Made by a program: the position numbers and the translations under genes
Shown here: in pieces, positions 62,215 to 64,000 of the stretch
How the letters are laid out: every line of letters begins with the position of its first letter
Numbering within the stretch: the stretch's first letter is position 1
DNA from: Mobula hypostoma
Lineage: Eukaryota
Direction of reading: 5' to 3'
NCBI RefSeq assembly: GCF_963921235.1
Contig: NC_086108.1
Span: 88,848,001-88,912,000 of the forward strand
Length of the DNA: 64,000 nt
Notes under the pieces: generated by a model
Database searches by the model: none
What the model was told of the DNA's origin: nothing
The model's input: only the letters and a program-made list of their open reading frames with translations

Positions 62215-62912
62215 GCTAAAGGTTAACTTACAGGTTGAGTCAGCGCTGAAGTGGGCAAATGCAATGTTAGCATTCATTTCAAGAGGTCTAGAATACAAGA
62301 ACAGGGATGTGATGCTGAGGCTTTATAAGGCACTGATGAGGCCTCACTTTGAGTATTGTGAACAGTTTTAGGACCCTCATCTTAGAAATGATGTGCTGGC
62401 ATTGGAGAGGGTCCTGAGGAGGTTCACAAGGATGATTCCAGGAATGAAAGGGTTATATACAAGGAACATTTGATGGCTCTGGGTCTGTACACACTGGAAT
62501 TTAAAAAGATGAGGGGGGATCTCATTGAAACCTTTCGAATGTTGGAAGGCCTAGACATGGTACATGTGGAAAAGATAGTTTCCGTGTTGGGGGAGTCTAG
62601 GACAAGAGGGCACAGCCTCAGGATTCATGATAGAGGGGCGTCCATTCAAAACAGAGATGTGGACAAATTTCTTTAGCCAGAAGGTAGTGAATTTGTGGAA
62701 TTTGTTGCCACATATAGCTGGGGAGGCCAGGTCATTGGGTGTATTTAAGGCAGAGATTGATAGGTTCTTGATTGGACAGGGCATCAAAGGTTACGGGGAG
62801 AACTTGGGAAATGGGGTTGAGGAGGAGAAAATAAGGGATCAGCCATGATTGAATGGCGGAGCAGACTCGATGGGCCAGATGCCCTAATTCTGCTCTTATG
62901 TCTTAAGGTCTA
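62215..62912 (+). mobile_element. CR1 3' fragment
   Basis: LGLYTLEFKKMRGDLIETF and FFSQKVVNLWNLLP; tail cttatgtcttaaggtct. Confidence 0.9.
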
Positions 62913-62914
62913 AC

Positions 62915-64000
62915 TCAAGAAACAATTAGGAAAGCCAGGAGGAGCCATAAAAAGTCCTTGACAAGTAGGATTAAAGTGAATCCCAAGGCATTCTAAACAT
63001 ACATCAATAGCAAGCATGGATGTGGAGAATGTGGGTGAGGTCCTTAATGAGTACTGTCTGTATTTATCAAGAAGATCGAGGTGGAGAATAGGGAGAACAG
63101 TGTTGAGCATATGGATATGCTAGGGCATTTTGACATTAAAGAGGAGATAGTGTTGGGTCTTTTAAAGAGCATTAAGGTAGATAAGATCTCACAGCCTGAT
63201 GGGATACACCCCAGGTTGTTGAGGGAGCCAAAAGAAGTAAATGCTGGGGCCTTGACCAATACCTTCCCATCCTCTCTATCAATAAGCAACATCCTGGAGA
63301 ACTGGCAAGTAGCTAATGTTGTTCCATTGTTGAAGGAGGGAACCAGGATAATCCTGGAGACTATAGACTGGTGAGTCTTGCATCAGTGGTAGGGAAGTTA
63401 CTGGAGAGAATTCTTAGGGATAGGATTTATGAGCATTTGGAAAACCTTGTCCTAATTAAGGAGAGCCAGCTTGGCTTTGTGCAGGGCAAGTTGTGTCTTA
63501 CTAACCTGATTGTGTTTTTTTTTAAACAAGGTGACAATGGTGATTGATGAAGGTAGAGCAGTGGATATTGTCTACATTGATTTTAGTAAGACGCTTTGCA
63601 AGTTTCCCTATGACAGGCTCATCCAGAAGATTAAGATGCATGGGATCCATAGTGAATTAGCCATTTAGATTCCGAATTGGCTTACCCATAGAAGCAGAAG
63701 GTAGTAGTTGAAGGGACTTATTCTAGCTGAAGGTTTGTGTATAGTGGTGTTCTGCAGAGATCTGTACTGGGACCTCTGCTGTTTGTGATGTGTATGAATG
63801 ACCTGGATGAAAATGTACATGGTGGGTTAGTAGGTTTGTGGATGATACGAAGATTGGTGTGTTATGGATAGCATTGAAGAATAGTAAAGAATACAATGAG
63901 ACAGATTGGTTGCAGATATGGGTGGAAAAATGGTAGATGGAGTTTAACCTGGCTAAATGTGAAGGGTTGCACCTTGGTAAGTCAAACACAAAGAGATAGT
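62915..64000 (+). mobile_element. Degenerate CR1 ORF2 RT fragment, runs off the window
   Basis: DGIHPRLLRE, WQVANVVPL, gattttagtaag (DFSK), gtggatgatacgaag (VDDTK). Confidence 0.88.

Overview
Vertebrate nuclear DNA, mostly repeat-derived. The mix of CR1 LINEs with an esterase ORF1, Rex1/Babar-like LINEs, Penelope-like elements, V-SINE/HE1-like SINEs and Deu-domain SINEs suggests a cartilaginous fish, probably a ray; that is an inference. Almost all ORFs in the supplied track are transposon fragments or their antisense shadows. Items the ORF track does not show: (1) a 46-nt minus-strand host exon at 17051-17096 with canonical splice sites encoding MDETYLLKERLQAIT, the paralemmin-family (palmdelphin/PALMD-like) N-terminus. 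This makes the left part of the window probably intronic. (2) A two-LTR, internally deleted Gmr1-type Gypsy element (49360-54262; 4-bp TSD, tRNA-Pro-like PBS, 787-codon open Gag-protease ORF) inside a near full-length CR1. (3) Several minimal type-I hammerhead-ribozyme motifs in Penelope termini, with catalytic-core changes mostly at CpG sites. (4) Inverted Penelope termini, two CR1s whose 3' ends are lost at Penelope junctions, and several nested insertions. I cannot support a wholly new biological system here. The best leads are the non-autonomous Gag-protease LTR element and the ribozyme-bearing Penelope mini-elements. Boundaries of degenerate repeats are approximate and were read by eye.
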